A stretch of DNA of 63,067 nt, the filler included, from Phoronis australis (taxonomy: Eukaryota > Animalia > Phoronida): the NCBI GenBank assembly GCA_002633005.1. It is 6 parts of 6 records of this genome, joined end to end, with 100 filler letters (N's around TTAATTAATTAA, not from the genome) between each part and the next. Parts side by side here need not be neighbours in the genome. Positions count along the whole stretch, not along the records: positions 5,844 to 23,396 come from NMRA01001485.1; positions 23,497 to 36,821 come from NMRA01001593.1; 4 more parts are not named here. One strand, written 5' to 3'. Positions 14,110 through 27,843 of this stretch are shown in pieces. Position 1 is the first letter of the stretch; each line of letters starts with the position of its first letter. The notes beneath the pieces were generated by a model. That model had not been told where the DNA came from. It did no database searches and saw only the letters and a program-made list of their open reading frames with translations. The translations under genes were made by a program, and so were the position numbers.

Positions 14110-17100
14110 CAGTCTTGTTATTCTCAGTTTTTATATTTCTTCTTCTTCTTCTCATTATTACTATTGTTTTGGTTTCCGACCTTTTCTAGAACTTAATAAC
14201 TCTCAACGAACCCAACTTTCAACTTTGAAACTTTCCAAGTATATTTCCTCCTTTATTTTTTTTAAATATATGTTTTACACATAATACGCCAGGAATGGTG
14301 AATTGGGCATATGACATCTTATTTTCAATACGTTGTTTCTCCTACATTGTTCAATTACTTCTTTTCAATTTCATCGTGCAGATGTAAGTGTACACGCGAA
14401 TCAATAGCATTACTCTTCTAAGTAATCGGATTATCCAATCAAGTTAAACACATCAAAGAATATTGAGTGTAAACTCAAGTTTTGACACAGACTCTTCAAA
14501 ATCACACTTTTGTAGGAATAATTGAGTTCCAATTGGTGCAACCATGGGTCACTTCCGATTGTTATATATAATTGAGTTCCAAATTTTGACCTTTTAATTC
14601 AACACGTACTCTGATGTGTCAACAAATAGACAACTCCAATTCTCAGCATTAAACACAGATTTCACAAAATTTCCAACAATTCTGCTAAAAGGGCTTATGA
14701 AGCACCGAAAAGGGTCAATTAGCGCAAAGGTCATGTACACTTCAATTATTTTTCTCTTACAATTTCCAAAGAATTCTTTTCAATTTCAGCACAAATGTGT
14801 AAGCCTCAATGCAAATCAAATTCATTTCTTTACTAAGCAATCGGGGAATTCAATCAGATAAGATAGGTCAATGTCACTGAGTGCAAACCTAACTTGTAAT
14901 TGATACGTGCATCAAAACTTCAGGTCATATGGTGAAAAAACGGGACCGTTAAGTGCATTTTTGACCTTTACGTCTGTTATGTATTCCAAATTGTCAGTTG
15001 TTAAACACCTAAGATTCAGAATGATCCACGTTCTTATTTTATTCTCTGGTTTTGGTATGGTGCAGATGCCATTGGAAAGGCGGTAAATTTTGCCAAATGT
15101 CTCACTCGCGCAGTCGTTATTGTCACGTTAATACTATTCTTTATGACGTTTCATAGAACTTGATCACACTCAAACAACTCAATTTTCAACTTTGAAATTT
15201 TCCAAGTGCGTTTGAGCCATCCATAAATTTTATAAAATAACTAAATTTTGACTCATAGTGAAGATGCGGTCAATAAATGCAAAGGTCTTCTGATTTTCCA
15301 ACTATTACTTTGCCTACTTTTTGAGGAATTCTTTTTAACTTTACGTGTACTGGTGTAAGTCTGTTTGCCAACCGAATGCTTAATTTTCGTAGTAATTGCG
15401 TCATCCCATCAGATTAAATATGTCAAAGGTCATTGGGTGCAAACCAAGATTTTGAGTTAGACACTTCAAATTCACAAACTTAAGGGAGTTCTAATTCTAA
15501 AGTTTCATATAATTTCGAGCATAAGGTGCACTTCTGCAAATTTGATCTTTTCACTCAAACCGTTTTCTGATGTGTCAATAGGCAATTGTGATTCGAAGCA
15601 CTTAACACACTTTTTACGGAGTTTGTAACTATCCTACTAAAAGGGCTTGTAAACTATCTGAAATGGTCAATTAGTGCAAAGTACTCTTAATTTTCAAAAT
15701 GTTATTTCTCCTACATTTTTCAAGGAAATGTCTTTAATTCCAACACACAGGTTCAAGCTCATATGCCAATCACATGGACTACTTAACTAAGCGATTTTAC
15801 TTTTCAATCAGATAAAATAGGTCGTGCACGTGAGTGCTTATTCCAAAGTTTCAGGTCATTTGGTACCATGGGATCATTAAGTGATTTTTTCTGAAAGTTT
15901 CACCTTTTCATTTATATTCTGATGTGTTAACAGTTAAACATGTGTGCTTCTCAGAATTTCCACACCTTCACTGACGTTGCAATCAATTCATGACAAAAGC
16001 CAATAATGGAAGGAAAGGGTTAATTAGTGTTAAGGTCATCTAATATTCAAAATGTAATTTCTCCTACATTTTTCAAGGAATTCTCTTCAATTTCAGCACT
16101 CATGTATAATCCTATATGCCAATCACAGGATATTGCACCTATGGATGCACCGAATGATATAAAACTTTAGAATTAGAACTGAATTCCAGAAAAGTGTCTA
16201 GTTCAAAAATTTTGCACTGAATGAGGTTTGGCCTATTTTACCTGATTGGACGGCTCGAATGTCTACAAAAGTTGTACCTTGAAATTGAAAAGAATTCCTA
16301 AAAATGTAGGAGGAATAAAATGTTAAAAATTAGATGTATTTTGCACTAATTAACCTTTCCAGTGCATCATACGTCCTTTTAGTAACAGTTTTTGAAAACT
16401 TCAAGAAAATTGTATTTAGTACAGAGAATCAAAGTTGTTTATCTGTTGACACATGGGAATACGTGTTGAATGAAAACGTCAGAAATTCCGGAAAAATTCA
16501 CCTAATGACCTCATGGCTTCAACAAATGACCTGGAACTTAGGTTGAAGAATTCAATTCCATTTGCCAATCACACACGCGAATTTGAAGTGTCTACCTCAA
16601 GATCTTAGTTTGAAGTATTTAGTCTGATTGGATGATCCGATTACTTAAAAAAGTAACGCATTTGATTGTCATGCAGACTTATGACCGTAAGCTGAAGCTG
16701 AAAAGAATTCCTCCAAAATGTTGGAGAAGAACTTTGTACCTATTGACCATTTGGGGTGCGTGATAATGAAAATATCGAGATATGTGATATGCAAGCTGAT
16801 TTAAACAAGGGCGAAGCCCAAGTATAAATCGGCTTGCATATCATGTGTCGAGATATAAAAACCCACAGTTATCACGTTCGTTGTATTATATATTTATCAT
16901 ACAAATTGCATGAACTACATGTATTCTTAGGACGCACACTTACACAAATCTTCAGAGGACTTAGCGACAGCATATATTTATATGTCGCTCTAGGATTGTG
17001 AAGGAATTTGAACTCATAAGTTATGTGTTTACTTCATGTAAAACTGCAGCAATGCTAAGCTAATCAACATACGGAACAGATTTAACATCAAGTAACGAAT

Positions 17101-18230
17101 TAACTGGCAAACAGCCATCTGCTACCTGCGCCATCGCAGTCTGTACACGACCGGTAGCAGCTTGAGTATACGATCAGAACAAGACGTGTTAAAGAAGAGA
17201 TTTATTTGGAAAAACTCATTGAATTGATAAAATAATAGCATAGAGTGAAACGTTTTTATAACTATTAATAATTTAATTCACTTACATTGCCCAAGTACAG
17301 CACGGTTGGTACCCGGGGGTTATGATTTCCGTGTTTAACGCAGTGACTCATTCATGACTAGTTGGTCAAATGCGGAGACTGTATCGTTTAGCTTGCGTGT
17401 GTTTGCGTTTCTAAAACTCTGTTTCCAACTTAACATACATCAAGTTTGTTAAATAAGTAAAAATGTAGATGGTTTAAGACGGATATGTCTATAAGTTGTG
17501 CCGTATATTTGATTCAGTTGTCATTTGTAAGGTGTTTTTCAATTATTGTATATAGTGACACATCAGTACAGAATTGGAAGGCTTGAGTGAATTGATATAT
17601 GACATATAACAACGTGAGTTAAAGCAACCACTTAATTTCTTATGGAAGTAGCCCACCAAATACTGGTTTGCCAGAGAAAACACGGAAAAGTCGTTCTGGT
17701 GTATTGCACTGTGTGAAAACACAGTATTTGACCGCTGTATCATCACCTATACATGATAAGATATTTCATGAAATTTATGGATAGCTCAAGCCTACTTGGA
17801 AAGTTTCGGAGTTGAAAGTTTAGTCGCTTGAGAGTTATTTAACTCAAGAACAGTTCAAAAAAATAATAAGATAAAACCCCGAGAATAACATGACTCAAGG
17901 GTTCTGCGCGGATTATTGATAATTATAATGATAATGAAAATAACTAATAAGAACAATAAGTTAGAAACCCGAGAATAACAAGTCTCTGCGCTGGTACGCG
18001 CACAGTAGAGAAAACAATTGAAACCCGAGAACAAGTGACTTTGTGCTGGTACTTGCAAACAAAATTATAGGAAAAAATCGGGAATAACAAGACACTGTGT
18101 TTGTACGTACTCGTACGCGCAGAGTAATGAGGAGAAGATAAAAACCCGAGAATAACAAGACACTGTGCTGGTACACGCAGAATGATAAAAAAGATAAAAA
18201 AACTGAGAATAGCATGACTTTATGCTGTAA
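14110..18230. repeat. Degenerate internally repetitive element present as an inverted pair (left ~14110-16130, right ~16150-16760 + 17770-18230)
   Basis: 14195-14240 matches the reverse complement of 17790-17840. cttgttattctcagtttt at 14114 is the reverse complement of the ~55-60-bp tandem units (aaaacccgagaataacaag) at 17870-18230. Confidence 0.6.
16759..16876. repeat. Long imperfect palindrome centred on GGGCGAAGCCC
   Basis: gatatgcaagctgattta ... taaatcggcttgcatatc, with outer cgtgataa/ttatcacg. Confidence 0.85.
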
Positions 18231-18425
18231 TGAGGCATTCAATTCAAGCTTTGGAATAAACATGGGTGGCAATTTTCTTCATCGGTGATACAGACACGGT
18301 AAAAATTTTCAAGACCCATCAGCAAAACCTTCCACGTCCTTGATCTGTGTCCTGCGAGTCTCGTACTCTAGACTTTGAATTCTGAAATATTAAGCGATAA
18401 ATTCACGGAGTGCGTTGCTTTGCAG

Positions 18426-18564
18426 ATGACTACACGTCGGACGCCAAGGCAAAAGTCTATGCTGGCATTCTTAAGTTGAGACAGACTACTTGTTTAAATT
18501 TCGTTGAATATCAATCTGGCACTCCGAATGAGCCTCATGTGAAGTTTGATAGAGATGGTGGTGG
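18426..18564 (+). CDS. Astacin-family metalloprotease, next catalytic-domain exon
   Basis: ttgcag|...|gtaagt. Phase matches the 8164-8440 exon (T+AT=Tyr). Translates DYTSDAKAKVYAGILKLRQTTCLNFVEYQSGTPNEPHVKFDRDGGG, matching the astacin TCxxF motif just upstream of the GC motif. Confidence 0.82.
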
Positions 18565-18685
18565 GTAAGTAACGAGCGTGACTAACATCATTCATGTTCA
18601 TGTTGCAACTTCTTTGCATTTGCTAGATACTATTACACAGTTCAGACCCATTTTCTTTTCATCCCTACTTTCGAAAAATACTTAA

Positions 18686-20332
18686 AGAGAATGACTCCCA
18701 AAACAACTGATTTTGAAGCAATTTAGATCGAGTAGTTCCACTCGATATCACCAAGTACAGTTCTTTTACCTGGCACCCGACGGCAGATGGAGGTGTTGAA
18801 ATTACCAAATGACGTCAGAGGTTTGAACGCAGTCTGTTAGCAGTTCACAGCGCGCTTACTGGTGTCAGCTTATCGCTCTAATTCATCGTTTTACACCAAT
18901 GAATCATCAAAATTAGATGTAAAGCCCTTACAAATAAATCGAGTTATTGAACAAAGGTGTTGTTTTATTTAGCTGTTTAAGATTTATAGGTACATGTATT
19001 TGAACGTACCGTAGCCTACGAAGTTCGACTTATTTTCCAAGGTCGGTCGCGGGAGTTTGGGGCCTGTTCGGTGATAAATTCGGATTATTCGTACGAGAAT
19101 GCAGGCAGGAGAACATAGCTGTAATTCATGACTTGCGATTTCTTCAGCTCTGAACACACAAACCTCTTGTTGTCGCGGCCATTGGTTTCGGAATCTGATC
19201 AGGCTCGTTGCCGGACTGAAGACATCACAAGCATAAAACAGCCAAAGTTGGAAACTAAAATTTCCAGTTACGAAAAGACTATATTAGTGATCCAAAGGAA
19301 TAATATGCACGTGATTATTCTGGTGAAATTGCTTCAAAACTGCAAATCTACTTACTAGCTCTTTGGGGGCCGCGAAGTCAGGTATCCATTCCACAGAACC
19401 GCCAGGGCAAAAGTTGTACAGCAAAATGATTCGAATAATGTATATGAATATCTAAACAAAATTTTCTCTTACATCTTACCATAGGATATAAAGTAAAGTT
19501 ATTTTTTTCACAAAAGATTTCTGTCAGCAAACACTGAATTAGGCGCTCACACAGCCTCGGTGTCATGGCTATTAGTTTATTGCATCTAAAGCCTGTGATT
19601 CATTCATTGCTGGTTTCTCAAACATTTGCACTCACGAAAGATCCAAAGGCATGACAAATTGTATCTAATGAGGCTGACTGTGTTTCAGTTTAATATAAGC
19701 ACTGGTTAGTGTGAAAATAATTCATTTGAAACAGAACGTAGAGTAATAAACGTCTACATGGCAAATCGCCCGTCGCCACGCCCAACTTAGTCAAGAGCTC
19801 ATTCCACGAAGACTTCACAGGTCGGATCGCCAGGTTTCACAGGCTATTTGTTCGAACAGGCATACACTGATCACGAAACACTATAGAGGCGCCGTGAACA
19901 TGCACAGGCAACGGAACTTATGGGTAATTCTTTGGTAAGCGTGAATTCGACAGAGAAATCACTGTCGACGAAAAGCCGGCCGCAGACACGGATATATTTT
20001 ACGGCCTCATACTTGCTAATATCAGCGTACCTTTCATTCTTCACTACCGCGAGCCACTTCCTAAGCATTTCGGGCTCTCGAGGAAGTCAAAAAACGATAT
20101 ACCCGCTTTCTTCGCAGCTTCAAATTTGGAACAAGCGGGAACGATTCACCGCAGTATAGCGGCATTCTCTCTGCAGACGAACCTCTGACGTCGCTGCGTT
20201 GTTTCTCACCTTCCTCATAGGTTAACGCGACACCTCTAGGCAAGGTGAGGTCGACCGTATAAGAGGCCAATATGTGAATATAGACCGATTAAGACGGTGA
20301 AAATGACGTATTAAATCAGGTGGCATTCTCCT
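18686..20332 (-). mobile_element. Putative non-autonomous TTAA-flanked (Kolobok-like) DNA transposon carrying a THAP-domain relic
   Basis: TTAA|AGAGAATG ... CATTCTCCT|TTAA (short imperfect TIR). Contains the THAP remnant at 19955-20165. Confidence 0.45.
19955..20165 (-). pseudogene. Frameshifted THAP zinc-finger domain relic
   Basis: Joining frames gives MPLYC..VPACSKFEAAKKAGISFF/LPREPEMLRKWLAVVKNER...IRVCGRLFVDSDF, matching THAP C-x-VPxC...FPxD..R.KW...VCxxHF..DF with the His lost. Confidence 0.7.
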
Positions 20333-23300
20333 TTAAGTAATCTAAATTATTTAGCGGCGTTACAAAATTTGGTTCTCAACCGCTATTTGCTGCTAAAATT
20401 GTGCTGTGATCTTTTGCATCGGCTTTCGGCGCAATGAAATATTGAGTCACCTGTTTCTTTTTCTTCAATCAAACGTTCTTCCTCGAGGTTGCGTAAACGT
20501 CACAAAAAATGATCAGAATTTGTTTCACTTCATTATAAGTTTTTAGAATTTTGATATCAGTAAACCAAATGTTAGAACAAATTTTGCTGCGATGTTGTCA
20601 TCATGATGTGGGAGATGTCGAAAAAAATCTGTAAGTGGCACGTGTCACGAATGCTCTCCTTTCGAAACGACGACACACCTTTCTTTGCTACAAAAGAAGG
20701 AGAATTACTTTTAATTTTTCTGGACTTTCTTTCCGAGGCGTACCTTTTTGCCCACTTGGCTAAATGGGGGAGAGGGGGAGGGGGGTCGTTCGAGCCCCCG
20801 GAGACGAGCCCCCCCCCGTTTCCCCCTGGGTGCGCGCATGTGCTCTACCAAAATAAAGGAAATTGAACAAAAATTAACAATAATTGTCTGTGGGAAAGCG
20901 CAACATACATGTACAGCGTGATGAAGTGACGATCAAGAGCAACAACGGAAGAGCGCAAATGCGTTCTAATTGTTGAGCACTTCGGGGCATGAAAACACTT
21001 AAGGTCGTAAAATATCCATCGTTGTATTCTGATTTTTATGCAAATTTACTGTAACATTTCAAATGTCTTGGTTGGTGATACTTTTTTATGCATAACGTGT
21101 AAATAGTCTCATATCTAGAGTTCGAAATTGTGTTTCTGCGATATCATGTAACGTTTGATTTTGCCACGCCGTCAGCATATCAACACAAAGTTTTACGTTT
21201 GTGTAATTTTACGTAATTCGTATTTGTAGGTTGATTCGATTTAACCACCTTTCAATAGTTGAACAAAAGTTGATATATCGAGGTCAAGAGCAGAGTTGCC
21301 ACTGGTGAACGAACAGCGAACAGTTAAATGTTTGTTTGGCCAAAGTTCACTGGCTAAGTCGTGAAATGGTAATTGCCGACCAAGGACACGCATAATCCAA
21401 ATTGGTCGTCTATGCTAGGCGATCACTTTGACGATCCAAGTGCCGACCGCAGAAGCGACTCAGCAGACGGCTTTTGGCAGATCGTTTTTGGTCGTCTGCT
21501 GGTCGGCTAAACGGCCGGTCGTCGACCGGTTGTCGACCAATTTCCAACCTGAGGGACAAAAATTGGTGATGTGCTCTGTACTTGTCTATCGAAAGTCTTG
21601 TAAAACCTTCATGTGTTCGAACATTAAGTCTTGTCCTCATTGTTTCCCACCTATCCAAAAAGTCGCTAAGGTACACAATTTTTTTGTACAGGATAACTCG
21701 TCTTCTTTCCAAATATCGTAGAGCAGGACGATCGCGTTTCACCTTCGGACGTACACTAAACCTACTAGTCTCAGCCATTTGTATTTCTGTTGACCTCTGT
21801 AGCTGCATATGAGTTGTAATGTTTACATGCATTAAAACGACCGTCCTTTTTATTCCTTGTAAAAATTTCATTCGTTCGTAGTATTAACAGCGATTTTTTT
21901 TCAAATTTTTGCACGTGTTCAAAATTAATAAATTTTTGAACTTTATGTTATACCAGTAAAACCGGATAAAACGCAGTTAAGAGGTTTTTTCGTCTATGAC
22001 TATAGGCATTTAACCGAGCACGTCTTTCTAAGGTCTTAAGTAGCATTTTCTGGCAGCACTTACGGGTATTTCTAAATCGATCGTCACAGATTTTCGTGAA
22101 ACTTTTTCAGGGCTTGGTCTACCTATAGATATGCTCTAAGTAACCATTGTCTTTCTGACAGAAGCATCGTTTTTGTTTCCATAAAATGAACTGATCTTGT
22201 AAAATGGCTTTTTCAAAAATTGTTTCAGTATGAAAGTTGTCAACTTTGCAAGACTATTGAGAAATCTTAAAAGTTAGAAATAACTACGATCCAGAAAAAT
22301 GTTTGTGATTTAAGATATACAACTTAGTATTTAAGTACTGGCTTTTGAAATATTGAGAATAACTTCAGCCATTTTCAATGAGAAAGCGAAGAAAGGATAT
22401 AACATGTTTGAATTTGAAATCAGTGTGATTTTGGTAGTATTGGGTTAGCTTAGTTCTTACATCAAGTCAAACGTTTGGTCTTTTGCTCGCTTAGTGGTTC
22501 ATATGTACTTTTACTGAGTATACCATGCATTATTTAATTGCACTGCAAAGATGCACAGAAGCACTGTAAACATTATGATTTGAATACGTAAAGTGGATAA
22601 GAAGTAATTTTTGTGGGGTTTGGGGATCGGAAGAGCAAGAAGGGGGATCGGATGGGAGGGGAGTGGTCGAGCCGTTCCCTACTTCTGTTAACTTCAGCAA
22701 TTTTTCAATGTAGTCTAGTGAGAACATTCACTTCAAATTGGTAATGATGGGGCAGGCGTAAGAGGTAAGGGACTAGAGGGAAAGTGGCGATGTGATGATT
22801 GTGGATATACCAGGAGGCGACTTCGGTCCCTCAACGAATTACACAACGCGAGTCTGTTCATACAGCGAGGTCTGCTAAGATCAATCCATCAAATACGTAC
22901 ACTATATCGCTGTGTAGCATGTAACTAGAAAGCATGCAACTTTTACCTTTTAATAGTCTTGGGTATGGATTATAAAACGGTTTCGTATTCGTGATTTTTG
23001 TTGGAATTGCGTAGTTGATTCAACGACAATTGGTTTTTGCCTAAGGAACTCTCGGGAATATATGCTGGAGCGGCCACACCAAAAGAATCTTGACAGCCTA
23101 AGCCATTTTTTGCCATTTACGATATGGATTTCATGGATTAGTGTGCACTCAAAAAGCTTCCTTTGTAAGATAATTCTCATATGACTAACGTGAAAGTAAA
23201 ATATGTTTCCTTGCATAAAACGGCACACTTCCGTTTATTTGAACATTAACATCCGGCCTCTGGCCTAGTCTTTCTCATTATGTATAACTGGTATTTTTAG

Positions 23301-26060
23301 AAACTGTACATCATGATTCCTGTGAAATAATTATATTTTGAGCATTTTATAAGTATTTGAAGCTTCTATCTTGGGCTTAATTGAAAAAGCTGCTTCNNNN
23401 NNNNNNNNNNNNNNNNNNNNNNNNNNNNNNNNNNNNNNNNTTAATTAATTAANNNNNNNNNNNNNNNNNNNNNNNNNNNNNNNNNNNNNNNNNNNNGGGT
23501 GAAAGAAAATAGTGCTATACCACGCCCTTATCCAGGGGGTTACGACGCGTGCAAACCCACCTCCCAGCAGGATATGACGTCTGCCCTAGGATTAACAGAT
23601 ACCCCAGTGAGATGTGAGGTCCAGCTCAGGTGACTATAACACAAGATATTCACTTTTTGAGGACTTTTTGTTGACAACAGGTGGTGCCACCTCCACTTCC
23701 ATGGCAGTATCATGCCCTCTATCCAACACTTGATCTCCTGCTACACAGGTTTTGATACGTGTAGCAGCGTAGCTATGATCTTCTTTGCGGACACATGCAC
23801 CACTGTTGACTAATTTGCTTTTCAGGTAAGGGATCCACTGCTAAATGCTGAGTCAGCGGCTTTCTGGCTATTTTCGTTGTTAATCAGTCAACTTCAAATT
23901 TGGTAATGGCAGTTACAGTGAGTATATCTGGGTATTCATCCGTAGGTCCTTTACTACCAACAAAATGTTTAGACCATATGTTATGGTGTCCCTGACGTTT
24001 CCGATTCCAAAATTCTTCCCGCAGCTACAAATCATAGTTTGCCCTTGTCAACGTTCGTTTTTGGCTTCGGAAAATTTACGAAAAGTTACACTCCCTGCAT
24101 GTCTTTCAGATGCACATAACTCGAATCTTGAGTTACATTTCCCATGACTGCAATGCCTGTGTGGCATTTTATACAGTAAAAGATCAAAAACTTGAAGTCA
24201 ACTGATCAGAATACAGTGGGCTAATCTAGCAGGCAAATGGCCAAATTACCAGCTTTTGGCCTAGTTGCGGTGATGTCATAGTAGTCATATAGAATCTCGC
24301 GTTACTGCTTATTGTTGTTAACCTGCACAAGGACTATTAGGGAAGGCCTTGTGAAGAACTACTGCCCGCGGCCCCCAGATCCACAGCGGAACCTTCTGTT
24401 GCCGTGCCCTCAGTCCTGAATTGGCAGCGATTGTAACCACTTTGAGTGGAGAGTCTGGCAAGCAAGGCAGCTGGATAGAAAACCCCTTCTCCCGGCATCA
24501 AATTCCAATATGACAGATGAATTGAAGATGAATTACTGTTATCTCCCAGGTTATTGTCCTTGTTCACATAATCGCCCACCCGGATGTAATCACCCTGTGC
24601 TCGGGTTATCGACTATCCTGACCCAATCTACCGCTAATAGAACTTGTGTTTTTGGTTCTCACGTTCAGCCTTCTGTGTTGATAGTTTTAAATGGGAAGCA
24701 ACATGCTTAGGACAGTCTTGAAAAGTTATTTCCACCATTTGCGGAATTAGCACTGGAACTACTTTTTCTTAAACTTACCAGCTGGTTTTTTGCTATATTT
24801 GAATATATCTCCGCAGATTTTGTTCATAGAATATTTTATTTTCTGATCAGTCGTTCAGATGTCAAATTACAATCCCCTTTGCAGCGATCTCGCGTAATCT
24901 TTGCAGTGGGAGGATATGATAAGTAGCCCATGTTGCATTTTGTGCACGCTTAATTATGGTGACACAAGACGTGGAATTGGAACAAAGCTAGAAACTACAG
25001 TGGCTACAATTCCTGGTTTGGTTTTTGAGTTTGACATGTTCGCCTAATGGTATTCCTGTTAACTTGACATCTGGTGGACGAATCTAATGGCAATTTGATT
25101 TTTTACATTTCGCTCTGTATCTTTGCAGTTCCTAGATGGATTTTCATCAAATGTGACAATAAAATAGTTTTCTGTTTGAAAGACGATGACACCTTTCAAG
25201 TTTAAGTCGGGTTTGACTTATTTCGTGCTGTTTGTGATGCAGTCGTTGACTCTGACAAATGTAACAAATTTGTCATTCAGGTTTTCGGAGGCACAATGTT
25301 ATTTTCTTTATCATTTTTGTGCACTGTTTCACTGTTTGTATGCTTGCATGACATTTATTTGAAATGCTATGTAACTTGTTCATTTGAAATGCTACATGCA
25401 ACCGTCTGTACAAGATATTGTGACACGTTTCATGTTTTATATTTTAACTCTTCGAAAAAGGTGTCTTCTATAGGGATGGTCATCGCATACCATCGCCGGG
25501 TTACCCAAGCCTTGGCCCAAACCTGTATACTAAATATAGGCCTACAGGTTTGAGCCGATATGGGTAAAAATGGACAAATAAAATCTTACTCAAAATTAAT
25601 GTCATTCAAACTATATGTAATTTCATCGTTGAGTATACCTAGGAAACAGGTTCCAAGAGTAAACTAACTTCAGTATTTACCGGTGTTGGAAAAGTTAGCG
25701 ATCGTTCATCGGCTGCTGCTAAAATTGTGATGTGTTCTCTCGAGTCCGCTTTTCGTGATTACGTCACCTGATCTTCTCCAGTTTCTTTTCCCCCGATTCT
25801 TTTATCAAGTGTTCGTCGGTGCCGGTATCTAGGTCGCGTACATGTTACAACAAATTATCGGAACTTGTTTCATTTCGTTACAAGTTTTTAGTATTTTTAT
25901 ACCAGCAAACCGAATTTTAGAACAACTTTGGTGCTGCGAAGCTGTCATCATGTCCCGAAAGACGTCTCAAATTTTTAGGAAATGGCACGTGCGCTGTATC
26001 ACGAGCGTGCTGTTTTAGAAACGGACGACCCACTTCATTGTTACAAAAGACGGCAAATTA

Positions 26061-27843
26061 CCGTAAACGTTCGGGTTAACGCCCTGGGCGGTTAAATTGG
26101 CAAACCCAAAAAATCGGGGGTGGGCGGTTCACCAGACATGGGTGCTTAAACGTGAATTTTCAAGAAATCCAGGGTGGGCGGTTAACCGAACATGGGCGCT
26201 TATTACGACATGCAACCGCCCTGGGCGGTTAATCTTACCTCGTACTCGGAACGCGTAGCACTTTTCAAAGAGCGTTATCGTCACGTCGCCACATGACGAG
26301 AAAAATGTCATAACAGCGGATGATCCCAACAAAGATTCTCTTGCCCTCAGATTAGTTATTCACTATTAAATTTACAGAATTTCTGAGTAATAATAGCCCC
26401 GTGGCGTACTGCGGTCTTATTACTTTGCCCTCTAGAGCACAGACGACCAGTGACCACGCAGCCTCTACTAGGATTGCAACTATTTCAAGATGTGACCTTG
26501 CTAAAGTGCACGCGTGCAAGCTTCATGTGTTGTAGAGGTCACAGCAGACATCAAATTTATGGTTACAGTCTCGTACTGAGCTGCCAAGTTCATAGTCTGA
26601 GAGTAGTCTTAAAATTAGTTGTAATAAAAGTTTGAAAAACTTAATTCAGATGTTTTTTGTGTTTAGGATGTTTATAGTCGACACTCCGTGTCAATGGCAT
26701 TTTCAGCGTATGGTTCTGCGGCTAGCTGTTTTATCTCGACCGCCCGGCATTGCTCACTTGCCGTTGCGCCAAACATGCTCGGCAAAGAACTAGGCCTAAG
26801 ACAAGAATCGGGGTTAAGCGGCCGTGAGCCACTCGTCAATCAAGAATAAAATTTCGAGCCACGGCATAAATATGTGATAAAACGCTACAAAACAGCAATG
26901 TTTCAATTCATAAACGATCACCGTACCAAACTTCGTGGTGGAAAAACATTTATTTTTCATGCAAGATGTCCCGATTATCCTATTTATATCACTTGCAATA
27001 TCGCACTACGGCACTGTTCGGTCCCGTTGTTAGCGCGCAATGTCTCAGTCGGCTGACAATCGTGACTTGGAAATGCCGTCAAGTAATATAACGGCCTCTT
27101 TCAATATGCATCTCTTTTGTTATGGCCAAAGATAGCGGCGGGATTCAGCACGCGCGTAGGGCCTACGTGCGAGTCACCTGTCAATCACATGTTGGTGTCA
27201 AGGTAACATGCACTCCAAAGTGTGGGAACTTGCACGCGTGCACCACAACAAAGTCACACATCAAAAGAGAATAGCGACAGTCCTAAATAACAGAAACGGG
27301 CGAGACTATATACTTTTAACCATTGCCTCATTTCTCTGGCCTGATTTTTTCGAATATATGTTTTATCAAGTGCACTGCAGACGAAAACTCAGCGCGGCAG
27401 ACTAAGTCGCTGAAAGCGGAGGTCTTGACGCCGGCGGCGTTCTTAAACTTTGCAAACATGGGAAGAAAATAAAGTGACAAAAACGTTCAAGTATTATATT
27501 TTGAAGTGAGTCCATGACCCAAGACAATAACTCCGTTACTTGTATAACTGCAATTCACATTGCTAAACCATCGTCTCGGAGGCCCGGCGTCGTTGCGCTC
27601 ATTGCGATCATCGATCTTTTTCTAAAAGTCAGGGAATCGCGCGTTTCCTTAGCACTGGGCGCTAAATCTTCATTCTTTAAAAGTCGGGGATGGGCGGTTA
27701 ACCGAGAGGTGGGCGCTTAACTGGAAATCTTCAAAAATCGCAGGGGGGCGCTTAACCGAGCAGTGGGCGGTTAAATCGAAAATCCACCTAAAGTAGGGGG
27801 TGGGCGGTTAACTGAGCATGGGCGTTAACCCGAACGTTTACGG
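26061..27843. mobile_element. Non-autonomous TIR element with TA target duplication (Tc1/mariner-pogo-like)
   Basis: Perfect 24-bp TIR CCGTAAACGTTCGGGTTAACGCCC, TA on both sides, and multiple subterminal TGGGCGGTTAA motifs. No transposase ORF. Confidence 0.88.
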
